From contig CBDDCX010000008.1 of the NCBI GenBank assembly GCA_965226375.1, positions 672,001-736,000 of the forward strand: a stretch of DNA of 64,000 nt, read 5' to 3'. The notes below the pieces were generated by a model. The model worked only from the letters and a program-made list of their open reading frames with translations, was not told the DNA's origin and did no database searches. Positions 52,440-64,000 of the stretch are shown piece by piece. This stretch comes from Longimicrobiales bacterium (GTDB lineage: Bacteria > Gemmatimonadota > Gemmatimonadetes > Longimicrobiales > Gaopeijiaceae). How positions within the stretch are numbered: the first letter of the stretch is position 1; each line of letters starts with the position of its first letter. The translations under genes were made by a program, and so were the position numbers.

Positions 52440-55400
52440 ATGATCGATTTCCCAAGGTCCAGAGAGCAGCGCTCCGCGGACTTCGACTTCATCCAGATCA
52501 GGATCGCCTCTCCAGAGCAGATCCGCTCCTGGTCGTTCGGTGAGGTGACGAAGCCCGAGACCATCAACTACCGGTCCTTCAAGCCGGAGCGCGACGGGCT
52601 GTTCTGCGAGCGCATCTTCGGTCCGGTCAAGGACTGGGAGTGCCACTGCGGAAAGTTCAAGCGGATCCGATTCCGTGGACACGTCTGCGATCGCTGCGGA
52701 GTGGAGGTCACGCTCTCCAAGGTGCGCCGTGAGCGTATGGGCCACATCGAGTTGGCCGTGCCGATCTGCCACATCTGGTTCTTCAAGACGTTGCCCAGCC
52801 AGTTGGGATACCTGGTCGGGATGACGCTGCGGGACCTGGAGAAGGTGATCTACTACGCGTCGTACGTGGTGGTGCACCCCGGTAAGCAGGACGTCGAGTT
52901 CCTCGAGCTCCTCGACGAGGACGAGTATTACGACCTGCGCGTGAAGTCGCGCGATAAGGGAGACGAGCGCTTCAAGGCCGAGATCGGTGCCGAGGCGGTT
53001 CGCACGCTTCTGAAGATGCTCGACAGCCCCGAGCGCCGGATCAACGATCGCAACTCCGACGGCAAGGGCCTAGATCGCCTTGCGACCTGGTTACGTATCG
53101 AGATCGCTACGGAGACGTCACAACACCGCAAGAAGAAGAAGCTGAAGCGGCTTAAGGTCGTCGACGCCCTTCGTCACTCGGGGGACAGTGCGGACACACG
53201 GAACCGCCCCGAGTGGATGATCATGGATGTGGTTCCCGTGATTCCGCCCGACCTTCGGCCGCTGGTTCCGTTGGACGGTGGCCGGTTCGCCACCTCCGAC
53301 CTGAACGACCTGTACCGTCGGGTCATCAACCGGAACAACCGGCTCAAGAAGCTGATCGACATGCGTGCTCCGGAGGTCATCCTCCGCAACGAGAAGCGCA
53401 TGCTACAGGAGGCTGTCGACGCACTCTTCGACAACGGACGGCGCTCGAAGGCCATTCGCGGCAGGGGTAAGCGTCCGCTCAAGTCCCTGTCCGACATGCT
53501 CAAGGGCAAGCAGGGACGCTTCCGCCAGAATCTGCTCGGAAAGCGGGTCGACTACTCCGGCCGTTCGGTCATCGTGGTCGGTCCCGAGCTCAAGCTGCAT
53601 CAGTGCGGTCTACCCAAGGCCATGGCCGTGGAGCTCTTCAAGCCCTTCATCATTCATGAGTTGGAGAAACGCGGCGAGGCCGAGACCGTCAAGAGAGCCA
53701 AGAAGATCGTCGAGCGTGACGATCCCAAGGTCTACGAAGTCCTCGAGGACATCATCAAGGACCACCCGGTCCTGCTCAACCGGGCCCCGACGCTACACCG
53801 CTTGGGCATTCAGGCGTTCGAGCCCGTGCTCGTGGAGGGGAAGGCCATCCGGATTCATCCGCTCGTGTGCGCGGCGTTCAACGCCGACTTCGACGGGGAC
53901 CAGATGGCCGTTCACGTGCCTCTGTCGTTCGAGGCGCAGCTCGAGGCCCGAGTGCTCATGCTGTCGAGCAACAACATCCTTCTGCCGTCCAACGGCCGGC
54001 CGGTGGCAGCACCGTCGCAGGACATGGTCATCGGTGGTTACTACCTGACCAAGCCGGCCCTGGCCATCTCGGATCTGGAAGAAGTGGCGTACAACAGCAA
54101 GGCGCCCAAGAACGCCCGTACCGCGGCTGAAGAGGGCCTGAACGAGATCTTCGCCGAAGCGTCTCACTTCTCAACGTTCGGTGAGGTGGAAATGGGACTG
54201 GAGGGCGGTTGGCTCCAGTTCAACAGCCCGTGCTGGTACTGGGTGGACAAACACCCCGACGAGGAGGGGGACCACGACGGTAGCTGGCTCAAGACCACGG
54301 CCGGCCGCGTGATGTTCAACTCGATCATCCCGCCGGAGCTCGGTTTCTTCAACCAGACCTTCGGCAAGAAGGAGCTGGGAGATCTCATCTTCGAGTGTAC
54401 CTCGGTGGGGCTGAGCCGTACGACGGAGTTCCTCGACCAGCTGAAGGACTTCGGTTTCCGGTACGCCACCATGGGCGGCGTGAGCGTGGGGATCTCAGAT
54501 CTGGAGGTTCCTGAGGAGAAGCTGGAGATCCTGCAGGAGGCCAGTGAGCAGGTGGCCCGCTTCCAGAAGGCTTATTCCAGCGGGTACATCTCCAACGGTG
54601 AGCGGTACAACAAGGTCATCGACACCTGGACCCACGCCAACAACGACGTGGCCGACGCCATGGTCAGACGGTTGGAGCGCTCCCAAGAGGGCTTCAACCC
54701 CGTCTACATGATGATGACCTCCGGGGCGCGGGGTAACCGCGATCAGATGCGACAGCTTTCCGGAATGCGTGGCCTCATGGCCAAGCCCCAGAAGAAGCTG
54801 ACCGGTGGCATCGGTGAGATCATCGAGAGTCCGATCAAATCGAATTTCCGAGAGGGCCTGTCCGTGGTGGAGTACTTCATCTCCACCCACGGCGCGCGCA
54901 AGGGACTTGCCGACACGGCGCTGAAGACGGCTGATGCGGGTTACCTCACGCGCCGTCTCGTCGACGTCGCCCAGGACGTGACCATCATGCAGGACGACTG
55001 CGGCACCATCCTCGGCCTCGATATGACCGCCCTCAAGGAGGGTGAGGACATCATCGAGCCCCTCCCGGACAGAATCGTGGGCAACGTCGCTCTCGAGGAT
55101 GTCTATGATCCCATCGACGGGGAGCTTCTGGTCGAGGCCGGCCAGCTCATCGAAGAGGAGACCGCGGAGGATATTGAAGCTGCCGGGATTCAGCTCGTGA
55201 AGATCCGGTCGGTGTTGACATGTGAGTCCAAGCGGGGACTCTGCCACATGTGTTATGGCCGCAACCTGGCCACCATGAAGCTCGTGGACATCGGCGAGGC
55301 AGTAGGGATCTTGGCCGCCCAATCGATCGGTGAGCCGGGCACGCAACTCACGCTACGGACGTTCCACATCGGAGGAACGGCTGCCCGCATCGCGGCTCAG

Positions 55401-56735
55401 ACACAGCGTCGCTCGAAGATCGACGGTGTGGTGTCTCTGGAACGGGTCACGACGGTTATGACGCCGAACGACGAGCTGATCGTAACATCACGCGAGGGGC
55501 AGATCGTGCTCAAGACGGCTGAAGGCCAGATTCGCAGTCGCCTGAGCGTTCCGTACGGTGCGACCCTGGCTGCTGAAGAGGGACAGGTTATCGAGTCCGG
55601 CGACCAGCTCTTCAGCTGGGACCCGTACTCCGAGCCGATCGTGGCCGACTCCGGCGGAGTCGTGAACTTCCTAGACATCGTCGGTGATCAGACCATGCGG
55701 GAAGAGCTCGACGAGTCCACGGGTCGTCGCCAGATGACGATCATTGAAGACAGGAACAAGAAGCTCCACCCAACCATTCAGATCCGGAAAGACACGAAGA
55801 AGGCCGAGAAGCTCCGCGAGTTTATCATCCCCGTGGGAGCCCAGCTTACCGTTCGAGACGGTGAGAAGATCAACCCCGGCGACACGATCGCGAAGATCAG
55901 TCGCGAGGTCTACAAGACCAGGGACATCACCGGTGGCCTTCCCCGTATCGCGGAGCTTTTCGAGGCCCGCCGCCCGAAGGATCCTGCGGTCATCACGGAG
56001 ATCGATGGCACGGTGCGCTTCGGCGACATCAAGCGAGGCAAGCGAGAGGTCATCGTGACGCCTGAGACGGAAGAGGGAGAAGAGAGGGCCTATCCGGTGC
56101 CCGTCGGTAAGCACATGCGGGTGCACGAGGGTGACCGGGTGCGGGCGGGTGACCGTCTGTCCGAGGGTCCGATCAACCCGCATGACATCCTGAAGATCAG
56201 AGGCCCGCGGGCCGTGCAGGAGTACCTGCTCAACGAGATTCAGGAGGTCTACCGACTGCAGGGCGTAAAGATCAACGATAAGCACATCGGTGTGATCGTC
56301 CGGCAGATGCTCCAGAAAGTTCGCATCATCGATCCAGGTGAGACACAGCTGCTCGAGGGAGAGAACGTCGACCGCGTCGAGTTCCGCGAGGTCAACAGCA
56401 AGTCGATCAAGGATGGCAAGAAGCCGGCTCGTTCCGAGCCCTTACTGCTCGGGATCACCAAGGCCAGCCTCACCACCGAGTCGTTCATCTCGGCAGCTTC
56501 CTTCCAGGAGACGACCCGGGTGCTCACGGACGCAGCGGTCCGCGGTGCCAGGGACGACCTGAAGGGACTGAAGGAAAACATCATCATCGGTCACCTCATC
56601 CCGGCCGGTACCGGCATCCATCGTTATCAGGACGTGGAGTTCATGGTCGAGCAGTCGTTCTACGAAGAAGAGATCCTGCCGTTGGCGGATCCGAGTGAGC
56701 TCGTAGCCGGGTTGGAAGAGGTTACTGCGGACTGA
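52440..56735 (+). CDS. rpoC: RNA polymerase beta' subunit
   Basis: [12 protein letters not shown] catalytic motif and Zn fingers. Confidence 0.99.
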   Translation: MIDFPRSREQRSADFDFIQIRIASPEQIRSWSFGEVTKPETINYRSFKPERDGLFCERIFGPVKDWECHCGKFKRIRFRGHVCDRCGVEVTLSKVRRERMGHIELAVPICHIWFFKTLPSQLGYLVGMTLRDLEKVIYYASYVVVHPGKQDVEFLELLDEDEYYDLRVKSRDKGDERFKAEIGAEAVRTLLKMLDSPERRINDRNSDGKGLDRLATWLRIEIATETSQHRKKKKLKRLKVVDALRHSGDSADTRNRPEWMIMDVVPVIPPDLRPLVPLDGGRFATSDLNDLYRRVINRNNRLKKLIDMRAPEVILRNEKRMLQEAVDALFDNGRRSKAIRGRGKRPLKSLSDMLKGKQGRFRQNLLGKRVDYSGRSVIVVGPELKLHQCGLPKAMAVELFKPFIIHELEKRGEAETVKRAKKIVERDDPKVYEVLEDIIKDHPVLLNRAPTLHRLGIQAFEPVLVEGKAIRIHPLVCAAFNADFDGDQMAVHVPLSFEAQLEARVLMLSSNNILLPSNGRPVAAPSQDMVIGGYYLTKPALAISDLEEVAYNSKAPKNARTAAEEGLNEIFAEASHFSTFGEVEMGLEGGWLQFNSPCWYWVDKHPDEEGDHDGSWLKTTAGRVMFNSIIPPELGFFNQTFGKKELGDLIFECTSVGLSRTTEFLDQLKDFGFRYATMGGVSVGISDLEVPEEKLEILQEASEQVARFQKAYSSGYISNGERYNKVIDTWTHANNDVADAMVRRLERSQEGFNPVYMMMTSGARGNRDQMRQLSGMRGLMAKPQKKLTGGIGEIIESPIKSNFREGLSVVEYFISTHGARKGLADTALKTADAGYLTRRLVDVAQDVTIMQDDCGTILGLDMTALKEGEDIIEPLPDRIVGNVALEDVYDPIDGELLVEAGQLIEEETAEDIEAAGIQLVKIRSVLTCESKRGLCHMCYGRNLATMKLVDIGEAVGILAAQSIGEPGTQLTLRTFHIGGTAARIAAQTQRRSKIDGVVSLERVTTVMTPNDELIVTSREGQIVLKTAEGQIRSRLSVPYGATLAAEEGQVIESGDQLFSWDPYSEPIVADSGGVVNFLDIVGDQTMREELDESTGRRQMTIIEDRNKKLHPTIQIRKDTKKAEKLREFIIPVGAQLTVRDGEKINPGDTIAKISREVYKTRDITGGLPRIAELFEARRPKDPAVITEIDGTVRFGDIKRGKREVIVTPETEEGEERAYPVPVGKHMRVHEGDRVRAGDRLSEGPINPHDILKIRGPRAVQEYLLNEIQEVYRLQGVKINDKHIGVIVRQMLQKVRIIDPGETQLLEGENVDRVEFREVNSKSIKDGKKPARSEPLLLGITKASLTTESFISAASFQETTRVLTDAAVRGARDDLKGLKENIIIGHLIPAGTGIHRYQDVEFMVEQSFYEEEILPLADPSELVAGLEEVTAD

Positions 56736-56737
56736 GT

Positions 56738-56839
56738 AATCGGGGAGAGGCTCGTCGCCTTCCGCTCCGCGCGGACGCTACGCTCTGCGGCGTTGCCGCA
56801 GACCCGCGCTTCGGGAAGGCGACGAGCCTCTCCCCGGTT
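56738..56839. repeat. Long hairpin after rpoC (REP-like element or terminator)
   Basis: CGGGGAGAGGCTCGTCGCCTTCC ... GGAAGGCGACGAGCCTCTCCCCG arms with an inner hairpin. Confidence 0.75.
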
Positions 56840-56931
56840 GACGGCTTGGGGGCGTCGGGCACCTCTACCGAGGTAGTACCGGCGCTCTCTCGGATCTTCC
56901 ACGTTGGCTTTTAGCGGGGGCGTATAGGTCC

Positions 56932-58134
56932 ATGAAGGGGGTCGATCCTGCGATCGATTTTGTTACCGAAGTTCTGGCGGGGCGTGCGCCGTTTGAACTT
57001 GGACCTGCCGGGCCTGATCGGGATCGGACTCTGGAGCTTCTGGCGTTTCATCGCTTGATCGGGCTCTGGTATGCGGAGGCCCGAGGGTCGGCATCCGATG
57101 AGGCCGGATCGTCTGAGCCTGGGGGCGAGGTGGACTCGGAGTGCCGGGCTCGCCTCAAGGACCAGTACCTTCGGACGGGACTCCACTCCACGCTCGTCCT
57201 CGAGTCTGCTCAACGGGCGGGTGCGGCTCTTTCCCGTGAGGGCATCCGCTCCATCGTGTTCAAGGGTGCGGCGCTCCTGCAGAATGGCACCTACGGGCAG
57301 CCGGCGGCGCGCAGCCTGGACGACACCGACCTGCTGATCCCCGAGGCTGCGGCAGGTGCTGCGGTTCGGGCTTTGCAAGCTGTGGGGTTCGAACCTTGGG
57401 TCGAGTGGGATGAAAACCGTATTGGGTGGCTGCCCGCTTTCACGTTCTCCGACGGTCAGGCGCCGAATGGCATGTCGATCAGCCTCGACCTGCACTGGCG
57501 CACCCCCTACACGTCGTTCCGCAGTGGCTCGGATGAGGAACCCGGGACTTTGTGGGAGGGGGCCGACCTCGAGGCGGGGCTGCCGGCCGAGGAGCCGCAC
57601 TTTCTGCTCCTGGTCGAGCACTTTTTGAAGCACCTGCGTGTCGTGGCGCATGTGAGGGCGCTGGGCGATCTGGTCCGGTCGCTGGATCGTATATCGAAGC
57701 CCGAGCTCCTGGCCGGTCTAGCCGATCGGCGTGGGAGCCTGCGTGGGTTGCGGGTCATGCTGGCCTTTCTCAGGGACGGGTTGCGGGTGCGTGTACCGGG
57801 GGAGGTTCTTTCCGCCGCTGGCGTGCCCGGGAAGATGCCTCGAGCGGCTTCGAAGTTGCTGGATCGATCGCGCCTCTTCGGCACGGAGCCGCCCGTGTCG
57901 GGCGGCCGAATCCACGGGCTGTGGCTCCAGTGGGCCTTCGCAGGATCGCCCTCGGTGATGGTACGTGATGCCTACGACGTGGTGTTGCCCCCCGCGTCCT
58001 GGCTGCGACATCGCTATCCGGAGGTCTCGACCGCATGGAGCCGCCGGCGCCTTCACCATATCAAGACCGTCGCGACCTGGCTGATGGGTCGGGGCGTGTC
58101 GCCCCTTTCTCCGAATCAGGAGTTCGAGGAGTGA
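56932..58134 (+). CDS. Nucleotidyltransferase family protein (NTP_transf_5-like)
   Basis: GIRSIVFKGAAL..YG..AARSLDDTDLLI, LDLHW and LGDL motifs. Confidence 0.82.
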   Translation: MKGVDPAIDFVTEVLAGRAPFELGPAGPDRDRTLELLAFHRLIGLWYAEARGSASDEAGSSEPGGEVDSECRARLKDQYLRTGLHSTLVLESAQRAGAALSREGIRSIVFKGAALLQNGTYGQPAARSLDDTDLLIPEAAAGAAVRALQAVGFEPWVEWDENRIGWLPAFTFSDGQAPNGMSISLDLHWRTPYTSFRSGSDEEPGTLWEGADLEAGLPAEEPHFLLLVEHFLKHLRVVAHVRALGDLVRSLDRISKPELLAGLADRRGSLRGLRVMLAFLRDGLRVRVPGEVLSAAGVPGKMPRAASKLLDRSRLFGTEPPVSGGRIHGLWLQWAFAGSPSVMVRDAYDVVLPPASWLRHRYPEVSTAWSRRRLHHIKTVATWLMGRGVSPLSPNQEFEE

Positions 58135-59015
58135 GGGTTCGCTTCTCGTTCGAGGGTGCCGAGACCGAGGTCGTTGTCTCGGATCCCGCGCTCGCTCCCT
58201 CAGTGGCGATGCTGTTCCCGGATGGTCGGGTAGAAGAGTTGGTGGAGTCTGGGCTCGGAGCCACGGTCATGCGTGTGACTGCGGGGCCCGCCGGGTACGA
58301 TTTTTTGTCCCACCAGGGTCGTTCGACGTTCGACTCCGTTCCCGATCTCCTCGCGGCAGTGGAGTTCGCTGTTGTGATGGACCTGCTTGCAAAAGATGGT
58401 CGGGGCACTCATCTGCATGCCGCCGCCGCCGTGACCCCGTACGGTGCCATGTTGGTCTCCGGTCCTTCCGGGGCGGGCAAGTCCAGTTTGGCGTTGGCAT
58501 GGTCCTTGGCGGGTTATCCCCTTCTTGGCGACGACGTGGTTCGCTTGGACGAGAATGGCCTCCTCGGGCCCTTCCCAAGGTTGCTCAAGGTCCGCCCAGA
58601 CCTCGTGACGGAACACGGGCTCGCGCTGGCGGCCACGCCGGCGTGGGACCCGGGGAGCGATGAGGCGTGGTTCGACCCGACGACCGCGGGGGGTTGGGCG
58701 TCCGCCGGTTGTCGCGCAGCGCTGGTCGCCCGCATAGAGTATGGTGCCGGAGATAGAGTGCACATCCGAGAGGAAGAGACAGGTGAGGGGCTACGCCTCC
58801 TTCTGGATGCCGTACAGACCACGGGCTTACGCAGGGAGCAGAGTATGGACCGCATCATCGCTCTGTTGGAGGGTGCACGGGTCTTCGCCGTCCGCTTCGG
58901 ATCGTCTTACGAGGCGGCCCGTGAACTGGCCGAGATGGTCGGGGGGGGTGGGTTGGCCGGGGAGGATGTGGTTCCGCCGGTTCGGGATGATCCCGCGTCT
59001 GGAATCGAACCGTGA
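58131..59015 (+). CDS. HPr kinase-related P-loop kinase
   Basis: HLHAAAAV, Walker A GPSGAGKS, YPLLGDD and PFPR motifs; GTGA overlap with the upstream gene. Confidence 0.82.
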   Translation: MRVRFSFEGAETEVVVSDPALAPSVAMLFPDGRVEELVESGLGATVMRVTAGPAGYDFLSHQGRSTFDSVPDLLAAVEFAVVMDLLAKDGRGTHLHAAAAVTPYGAMLVSGPSGAGKSSLALAWSLAGYPLLGDDVVRLDENGLLGPFPRLLKVRPDLVTEHGLALAATPAWDPGSDEAWFDPTTAGGWASAGCRAALVARIEYGAGDRVHIREEETGEGLRLLLDAVQTTGLRREQSMDRIIALLEGARVFAVRFGSSYEAARELAEMVGGGGLAGEDVVPPVRDDPASGIEP

Positions 59016-59302
59016 CGGAGTCCGCCGTCCCCCTCGAGGCCGATCACCCCAGAGCGAGGGAAGACGCTGTCTTCCGATCGCTCGGGAGGGAGTGGGTCAT
59101 CTACGATCCCCGTACCCGGCTCCTGCATGTGCTCAATACGACAGCTGCTCTGGTATGGTCTTTCTGCGACGGCACGAGGTCCCCGGAAGAGATTGCCCAT
59201 GAGCTGACCGGCGTGCTGACCGACCTCCCCTCCGAGAATCTCGTGGTCGACCAAGTGCGCGAAGCGCTCAACGGGTTCCGCGAGCAGGGGTTGCTCGTTT
59301 GA
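59012..59302 (+). CDS. PqqD-family / RiPP recognition element (RRE) protein
   Basis: VIYDP...LHVLNTTAALVWSFCDG.RS.EEI...DQVREAL..F...GLL; 96 aa. Confidence 0.88.
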   Translation: MTESAVPLEADHPRAREDAVFRSLGREWVIYDPRTRLLHVLNTTAALVWSFCDGTRSPEEIAHELTGVLTDLPSENLVVDQVREALNGFREQGLLV

Positions 59303-60255
59303 GCGTGCTCTACTACGCGGGCCTGCTGGGTTACTCGAATCGTATCGATGCGTTTCAGGGGGCGATCCAGGAGGGCGTGCGCCCCGGTGACCGGGTTCTC
59401 GATGTCAGGACCGGGCTCGGGACTTTCGCCTTTTTCGCCGCTCGGTCCGGGGCGCGCTCCGTGGCCGCCGTCGATTCGAGCCCCGTCGTTCACCTGGCGG
59501 AGGCCCTCGCTGCCGCCAACGGCCTGGCCGACCAAATGGAGTTCGTAAGGGGATCATTGCCCCAGGTCTCCCTCGAGGGCGAGTTCGACGTCATCATCTT
59601 CGAGGACTTTCCGACTCCGTTTCTCGATCGGCCCACCTTCGCACTGCTCGAGACCCTTCAGGAGGAGCATCTCTCCCACGGTGGACGGATGATCCCCCGC
59701 TCCGCCCGCATGCACCTGGCTCCCGTTCAGTCACGGTCCGTCCACGACGCGACCTTTCCGCTGGACGAGTTGGACCTCGATCGTTTCGACCTCGACTGGA
59801 GTGGCGTTCGACCGTTCCTGGCCAACACACCTCGGCGCGTAGACCTGAGACCCGAAGACATTCAGGGTGAGGCGGTGTGCGGAGCTCCGATGCCTTTGGA
59901 CCCCGTACCGATGGCGGCGGCGCTTCGAGTAGAGGGAAGCTGGAGCGCGGGGGAGCCGGGAGTCGTACATGGGCTGGCGCTGTGGTTCGATCTCGAGGTC
60001 CACGAAGGGGGTTGGATCTCCAATGCGCCAAAGGCGGAGCCGGAGCCCTGGGGGCAGTGGCTTCTGCCTGTCGATCCGCTGCTCGAGGTCGCCGCCGGCC
60101 AGACGCTTTATGCGTCGGTCTGGCGCGAGGCTCTGGAGGATGGCGGTCCCGGGTGGTTGGCATGGGAGTGCCGCGTGGAAGATGACATTCGAACGGGGCA
60201 CGAATTTGCGGGTAGGTTGGCAGGACCGGAGGATCTGGCGGGCTCCGGATCGTGA
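59299..60255 (+). CDS. SAM-dependent methyltransferase with PRMT-like architecture
   Basis: R..AF..AI...VRPGDRVLDVxTGLG..AFFAARSGA..V.AVD, FDVIIFE, L..GGRMIP, VHGLALWFD and WGQW motifs. Confidence 0.78.
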   Translation: MSVLYYAGLLGYSNRIDAFQGAIQEGVRPGDRVLDVRTGLGTFAFFAARSGARSVAAVDSSPVVHLAEALAAANGLADQMEFVRGSLPQVSLEGEFDVIIFEDFPTPFLDRPTFALLETLQEEHLSHGGRMIPRSARMHLAPVQSRSVHDATFPLDELDLDRFDLDWSGVRPFLANTPRRVDLRPEDIQGEAVCGAPMPLDPVPMAAALRVEGSWSAGEPGVVHGLALWFDLEVHEGGWISNAPKAEPEPWGQWLLPVDPLLEVAAGQTLYASVWREALEDGGPGWLAWECRVEDDIRTGHEFAGRLAGPEDLAGSGS

Positions 60256-60417
60256 GTTCGGCAGTCCGGCTGGATTTGCGATACCAAAGGCGCTGTCGAC
60301 TACGAAGTCACAGGAGTTGACATTCCATCGAGCGTTCGTAGACCTTTGTAGAGTAGGTGTGTCTGTGTTGGCCAATCACTCATTGGTGCACGCTTGAACC
60401 CCGCAAGGAGAGAGGCC

Positions 60418-60645
60418 GTGGAAGACAGACGCAATTTCTTGCTCAAAGTGGCCACGGGCGTTGCTTACTCTGCGCCGGTGATCCGGACGCTCGCATCGCC
60501 GCCCGCCCTCCTCGCCCAGGGGGGTGAGAGTGAAACGACCCAGAAAGGGGGCCAGGGCATGGAGATGGGCATGCTGGTCATTCAGAGCCCGGAGCCGCCG
60601 ACGACGACCAGTACCGCTCCCTGGGCCAAGAAGCCCGGAGGGTGA
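60418..60645 (+). CDS. Putative RiPP precursor peptide (75 aa)
   Basis: AAGGAG/GAGG RBS before GTG; DRRNFLLK and YSAPVI in the leader; Ser/Thr/Gly/Pro-rich C-terminal part; follows the RRE cassette. Confidence 0.7.
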   Translation: MEDRRNFLLKVATGVAYSAPVIRTLASPPALLAQGGESETTQKGGQGMEMGMLVIQSPEPPTTTSTAPWAKKPGG

Positions 60646-60802
60646 GACCCCACGAACGCCGTTCTGGAGCCCACGGGTAACAGCCCCTTCGCCGGCTCGC
60701 CCACAGGCTTCAGCCACCCTCCCTTCTTCTCCCGAACACCTGCAGCCCGCCCTACCCCATAAACCCTCCGGCTGAAGCGGGTTTTCAGGGTGCCCGACCC
60801 CG

Positions 60803-60831
60803 TTGACACCCCCTAGGGCCTCTTTTAACTT
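60803..60831 (+). promoter_or_regulatory. sigma70 promoter of the str operon, TTGACA-17-TAACTT
   Basis: Perfect -35 and 17-bp spacer. Confidence 0.7.
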
Positions 60832-60896
60832 TCCAAGTCTTTCCCGGAGATGCGCCGAAGCGTCGGTGACTCCGGCTCCGAAACCGCGCTAGAACC

Positions 60897-60935
60897 CGCG
60901 CCTTGAGGGTGCGTCATGAGGCGCGTTTTTTTTTT
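60897..60935 (+). terminator. Intrinsic-terminator-like hairpin + T tract in the rpsL leader
   Basis: CGCGCCT...AGGCGCG followed by a run of 10 T. Confidence 0.55.
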
Positions 60936-60957
60936 GACGACATGAACCTGGGCTGAC

Positions 60958-61329
60958 ATGCCTACGATCAACCAACTCGTTCGCAAGGGACGTCGCGAGC
61001 TTCAGAAGAAGAACAAGTCCCCTGCATTGCAGAAGAACCCTCAGAAGAGAGGGGTCTGCACCCGTGTGTATACCACCACTCCCAAGAAGCCGAATTCGGC
61101 TCTTCGGAAGGTGGCCAGGGTGCGGCTGACCAACGGGTATGAAGTGACGTCATACATCGGGGGCGAAGGACACAACCTCCAGGAGCACTCGATCGTGCTC
61201 ATTCGAGGTGGCCGGGTGAAGGACTTGCCTGGCGTGCGATACCATGTCGTCCGGGGAACCCTGGACGCATCCGGTGTCAGCGATCGGCGCCAGGGTCGGT
61301 CCAAGTACGGCGCCAAGAGACCTAAGTAG
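60958..61329 (+). CDS. rpsL: 30S ribosomal protein S12
   Basis: [10 protein letters not shown] and [10 protein letters not shown] motifs. Confidence 0.99.
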   Translation: MPTINQLVRKGRRELQKKNKSPALQKNPQKRGVCTRVYTTTPKKPNSALRKVARVRLTNGYEVTSYIGGEGHNLQEHSIVLIRGGRVKDLPGVRYHVVRGTLDASGVSDRRQGRSKYGAKRPK

Positions 61330-61339
61330 CGGATAGAGA

Positions 61340-61810
61340 ATGAGTCGTCGTTCAAGGGCAGTCCGCCGGGAGCTCATCCCGGATCCGAGGTACAATTCGA
61401 CCGAGGTGACCAAGTTCATCAACAACCTCATGGTCGCCGGGAAGAAGTCCCTGGCTGAGAAGATATTCTACGGAGCTCTGGAGATCTGCGAGGAGCGTTC
61501 GGGCCAACCCGCCCTGAACATCTTCACGCAGGCGCTCACCAACGCCAAGCCTGCTCTCGAGGTCAAGAGCCGGCGCGTCGGTGGCGCCACGTACCAGGTG
61601 CCCATCGAGGTTCGGCCCGAGCGCCGGACTGCACTTGCGAGCCGTTGGCTCATCAGCTTTTCCCGCAGTCGTGGGGAGAAGACGATGGCCGAGCGACTCG
61701 CGTACGAGTTCCTGGCTGCGAGCCGGGGTGAGGGCGCAACTATCAAGAAAAAGGACGACACGCATCGGATGGCGGAGGCGAACAAGGCGTTCGCCCACTA
61801 TCGCTGGTAG
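61340..61810 (+). CDS. rpsG: 30S ribosomal protein S7
   Basis: [12 protein letters not shown] and [12 protein letters not shown] motifs. Confidence 0.99.
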   Translation: MSRRSRAVRRELIPDPRYNSTEVTKFINNLMVAGKKSLAEKIFYGALEICEERSGQPALNIFTQALTNAKPALEVKSRRVGGATYQVPIEVRPERRTALASRWLISFSRSRGEKTMAERLAYEFLAASRGEGATIKKKDDTHRMAEANKAFAHYRW

Positions 61811-62097
61811 TCAAAATCCGCTTGAGCGCCGGTTGCCGCTGAACAAGGCCCGGTAGTAAAGCTCAACCCTGTTGTCTCGCGCATGGAGCGTCGAGGCACG
61901 AAGCGCGGAGGCTGCCGGTGCAAGGCTACGGCAGCCAAAAGGAAGGGCGCGCTTCTGCTTCGAATGGCCTGTGCGCGTTTTTGCGCCGACAGGCTGTGGT
62001 TCAAGGGTGTGGTCCAGGAAGGTCCACGAAGGACGGTTGGACAGCACGACGAACGGTTGGATAGACGGAATACAGTTCGACAGACGGAATAGAGAAG

Positions 62098-64000
<1,903 letters not shown>

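Noticed and set aside
56932..60645. Canonical lasso peptide or PQQ biosynthesis cluster
   Set aside because: No lasso cyclase, B2 peptidase or pqqB/C/E in the window, and the peptide lacks the PqqA ExxxY motif. A trans-encoded cyclase cannot be excluded from this window alone.

Overview
GC-rich bacterial chromosome segment, most likely Gemmatimonadota. This is inferred from repeated 'MSDPxxRLNAALxGRY' Ser/Thr-kinase starts and an ADOP-type permease; no database search was run. 1-14.3 kb is an amine/imino-acid catabolic cluster: DapA-family enzyme, CUT1 ABC transporter, DAO plus fused 2Fe-2S/FAD oxidoreductase, class III aminotransferase and CoA-transferase. It is interrupted by a 3.6 kb insert bounded by a 58-bp direct repeat. 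14.3-19.1 kb holds housekeeping genes (nupC, PNP, thiD, TrmH, pilD). 19-34 kb is a plastic zone with several internally deleted Ser/Thr kinase relics sharing a leaderless promoter, a DUF222-HNH gene, two TA-like pairs, an IS3 fragment fused to a permease, tRNA-Thr(UGU), frdABCD and an LRR fragment. 34-42.6 kb encodes a PAS histidine kinase, an Ntn acylase, DUF3179 and oligopeptidase A. 42.7-64 kb is the core cluster tRNA-Tyr/Gly/Thr, tuf, rpmG, secE, nusG, rplKAJL, rpoBC, rpsL, rpsG, fusA. The standout feature lies between rpoC and rpsL: a five-gene cassette of nucleotidyltransferase, HPrK-like kinase, PqqD/RRE and PRMT-like methyltransferase, followed by a 75-aa peptide carrying both a Tat-like RRxFL motif and a YxxP RRE-binding motif. 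It looks like an uncharacterised RiPP-type system with no lasso cyclase or peptidase.
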